Below, in pieces: positions 62,820 to 64,000 of a stretch of DNA of 64,000 bases. This stretch comes from Candidatus Woesearchaeota archaeon (lineage in GTDB: Archaea; Nanobdellota; Nanobdellia; Woesearchaeales; GW2011-AR9): positions 5,907 to 69,906 of the forward strand of contig JACPCD010000007.1 of NCBI GenBank assembly GCA_016179955.1, given 5' to 3'. The notes under the pieces are model-generated. The model was not told the origin of the DNA, did no database searches, and saw nothing but the letters and a program-made list of their open reading frames with translations. Position 1 is the stretch's first letter. Each line of letters starts with the position of its first letter. The position numbers were made by a program, and so were the translations under genes.

Positions 62820-64000
62820 CTTTCATCATAAAATATTCTGAGAGAATAACCTCTTTTGGCCCGGAAGTGTTCGCACTGCTGACAAAAGTATCTTCAAAAA
62901 ATTCTGCATGAACTCCTGTTTTTATTACTGCCAATATTCTCAGAGGGCTGCTTTCTTTAGAGGTATTATTAAGAATATTTTTGATGGTTGGTTTAGGCAA
63001 AGAGCCTTCTTGCAATAATCTTAATACTTTTTGTAAGTAATCTTTGTCTTCCTCACTAAGCTCTTTGGCATTATTTAAAAGTGCTTTAACCAATTTAACT
63101 AGTCTTGCTTCTTGACCTCTATTTCCAGCGACATTAGTTTCCTCTTTTATAAACAACTCTTCAAAAGTTTTTTTATTAGCTTCTAGTAATGTATAAAATT
63201 CCGGCTCTAACTTTCCTGGTTTATCATCTTTTTCTGCGTGTAGCTTTTCAGCAGCAGTAAAAAAATCTACTTCTTTCACCTCTCCAACACTATTCCAGTA
63301 AATTTTACGTAATTTCCCTTTTCTAAAGAAAGTGAATAGCCCGGTACTCGTTCCCAATCGGGCAGTGCGTGATTTCTTAGGTAAGCGTTTAATTCGTTCA
63401 AATAAAGCATGATCATTATCTCTAATATCTCGCAGAAACGTTAAATAGCGCAATTCAACATCATCTTCTTCATTTTCTCCAGTTATAACCTCTTTGGAGT
63501 TGATTTTTCTAAATAAATCATGGGATTTGATTTCTTCATCCGTTAAAAGCCGAGCATCGTTACCAAGCATTTCAATAAATGCTTTAACTTTGGCTTCCGC
63601 TGCATCTTTAAGCTTAATTTCATTATCTACAGGTCCGGCAGGGAAGAAATTGTAAGTATAAATTTTATCAAATGGTAAATTCTTAGCCACACGATTAATT
63701 CTTCCTACTCTTTGCATCATTCGTACGGGATTCCATGGGATATCATAATTAATGACCACATTAGAACGATTTAAGTTAACTCCTTCAGATAGGATTTCAG
63801 TAGATACTAAAATCCTAATATCCTCTGCTTTATGTTTCACATTAGGATCAAAATTGTTGATAATTTTATCTCTGGTTGCTTCTGAGGAAATACTGGAAAA
63901 AGCTAAAACTTTATTTTCAAACTTCGGATTAAGTTTATCTTCCAGGTAAGAAGCAGTTTCTTTTGATTCTGTAAAGATAATTACTTTATTCTTCAGGTTT
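62797..64000 (-). CDS. SF2 (SNF2/Res-like) helicase, C-terminal RecA domain onward; the N-terminus lies beyond the window end
   Basis: The frame is open to the window edge (KVIIFTESKETASYLEDKL...). The helicase-C signature ILVSTEILSEGVNLNRSNVVINYDIPWNPVRMMQRVGRINRV is present. The 3' end overlaps the MTase ORF by 23 nt in another frame. Confidence 0.7.
   Translation of the reverse strand, partial: NLKNKVIIFTESKETASYLEDKLNPKFENKVLAFSSISSEATRDKIINNFDPNVKHKAEDIRILVSTEILSEGVNLNRSNVVINYDIPWNPVRMMQRVGRINRVAKNLPFDKIYTYNFFPAGPVDNEIKLKDAAEAKVKAFIEMLGNDARLLTDEEIKSHDLFRKINSKEVITGENEEDDVELRYLTFLRDIRDNDHALFERIKRLPKKSRTARLGTSTGLFTFFRKGKLRKIYWNSVGEVKEVDFFTAAEKLHAEKDDKPGKLEPEFYTLLEANKKTFEELFIKEETNVAGNRGQEARLVKLVKALLNNAKELSEEDKDYLQKVLRLLQEGSLPKPTIKNILNNTSKESSPLRILAVIKTGVHAEFFEDTFVSSANTSGPKEVILSEYFMMKDGKTANR

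Noticed and set aside
1-64000. CRISPR arrays, rRNA genes, integrases or transposases
   Set aside because: No regularly spaced direct repeats were seen. No rRNA-like conserved stretches, and no tyrosine or serine recombinase or DDE transposase signatures, occur in any ORF of the window.

Overview
This 64 kb window is from an archaeal genome, probably a reduced DPANN-like lineage. The evidence is archaeal-specific genes (S4e, L32e, L19e, L14e, L34e, L39e, L31e, L35Ae, S19e, S3Ae), a thermosome, Cbf5, Pelota, archaeal-type PheRS alpha/beta, Rpp29 and SUI1. It also has a trimmed secY-(adk missing)-DUF106-rpl34e-(cmk missing)-rpl14e block and lysine/glutamate-rich tails on several r-proteins. Core genes are about 50% GC and are interrupted by AT-rich islands.

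The backbone is a long minus-strand ribosomal superoperon at 41.7-54.6 kb, running L3-L4-L23-L2-S19-L22-S3-L29-SUI1-Rpp29-S17-L14-L24-S4e-L5-S14-S8-L6-L32e-L19e-L18-S5-L30-L15-SecY. The left end carries tRNA-His(GUG) with a 12-nt intron, short-form hisG and a HisRS-like hisZ/hisS start. The window also encodes glycerol-3-phosphate dehydrogenase (GpsA) and a CDP-alcohol phosphatidyltransferase/DAG-kinase-like fusion gene that is broken by a perfect 73-bp tandem duplication.

The most notable system is a complete diversity-generating retroelement at 19.6-22.3 kb. Its target gene carries a C-terminal variable repeat, a template repeat lies 225 bp downstream, and all 14 TR/VR differences fall on template adenines. 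The reverse transcriptase (RT) has the DGR-specific LGxxxSQ motif plus an unusual C-terminal HTH and cysteine-rich extension, and no Avd gene is present. Immediately upstream, cbf5 is interrupted by a 16-nt insertion and a second single-nucleotide frame break, and an AT-rich LAGLIDADG-like ORF overlaps its start.

The right end (55.1-64 kb) is a roughly 30% GC island that looks like a defence module. It encodes an SF2 helicase joined to a gamma-class N6-adenine methyltransferase with a TRD-like tail (Type ISP-like and split), two large unknown proteins, and a Cas4/RecB-like PD-(D/E)xK nuclease with a cysteine cluster. Other items are a DUF87 P-loop ATPase beside a cluster of small paralogous membrane proteins, and a candidate structured RNA at about 4.70-4.87 kb.
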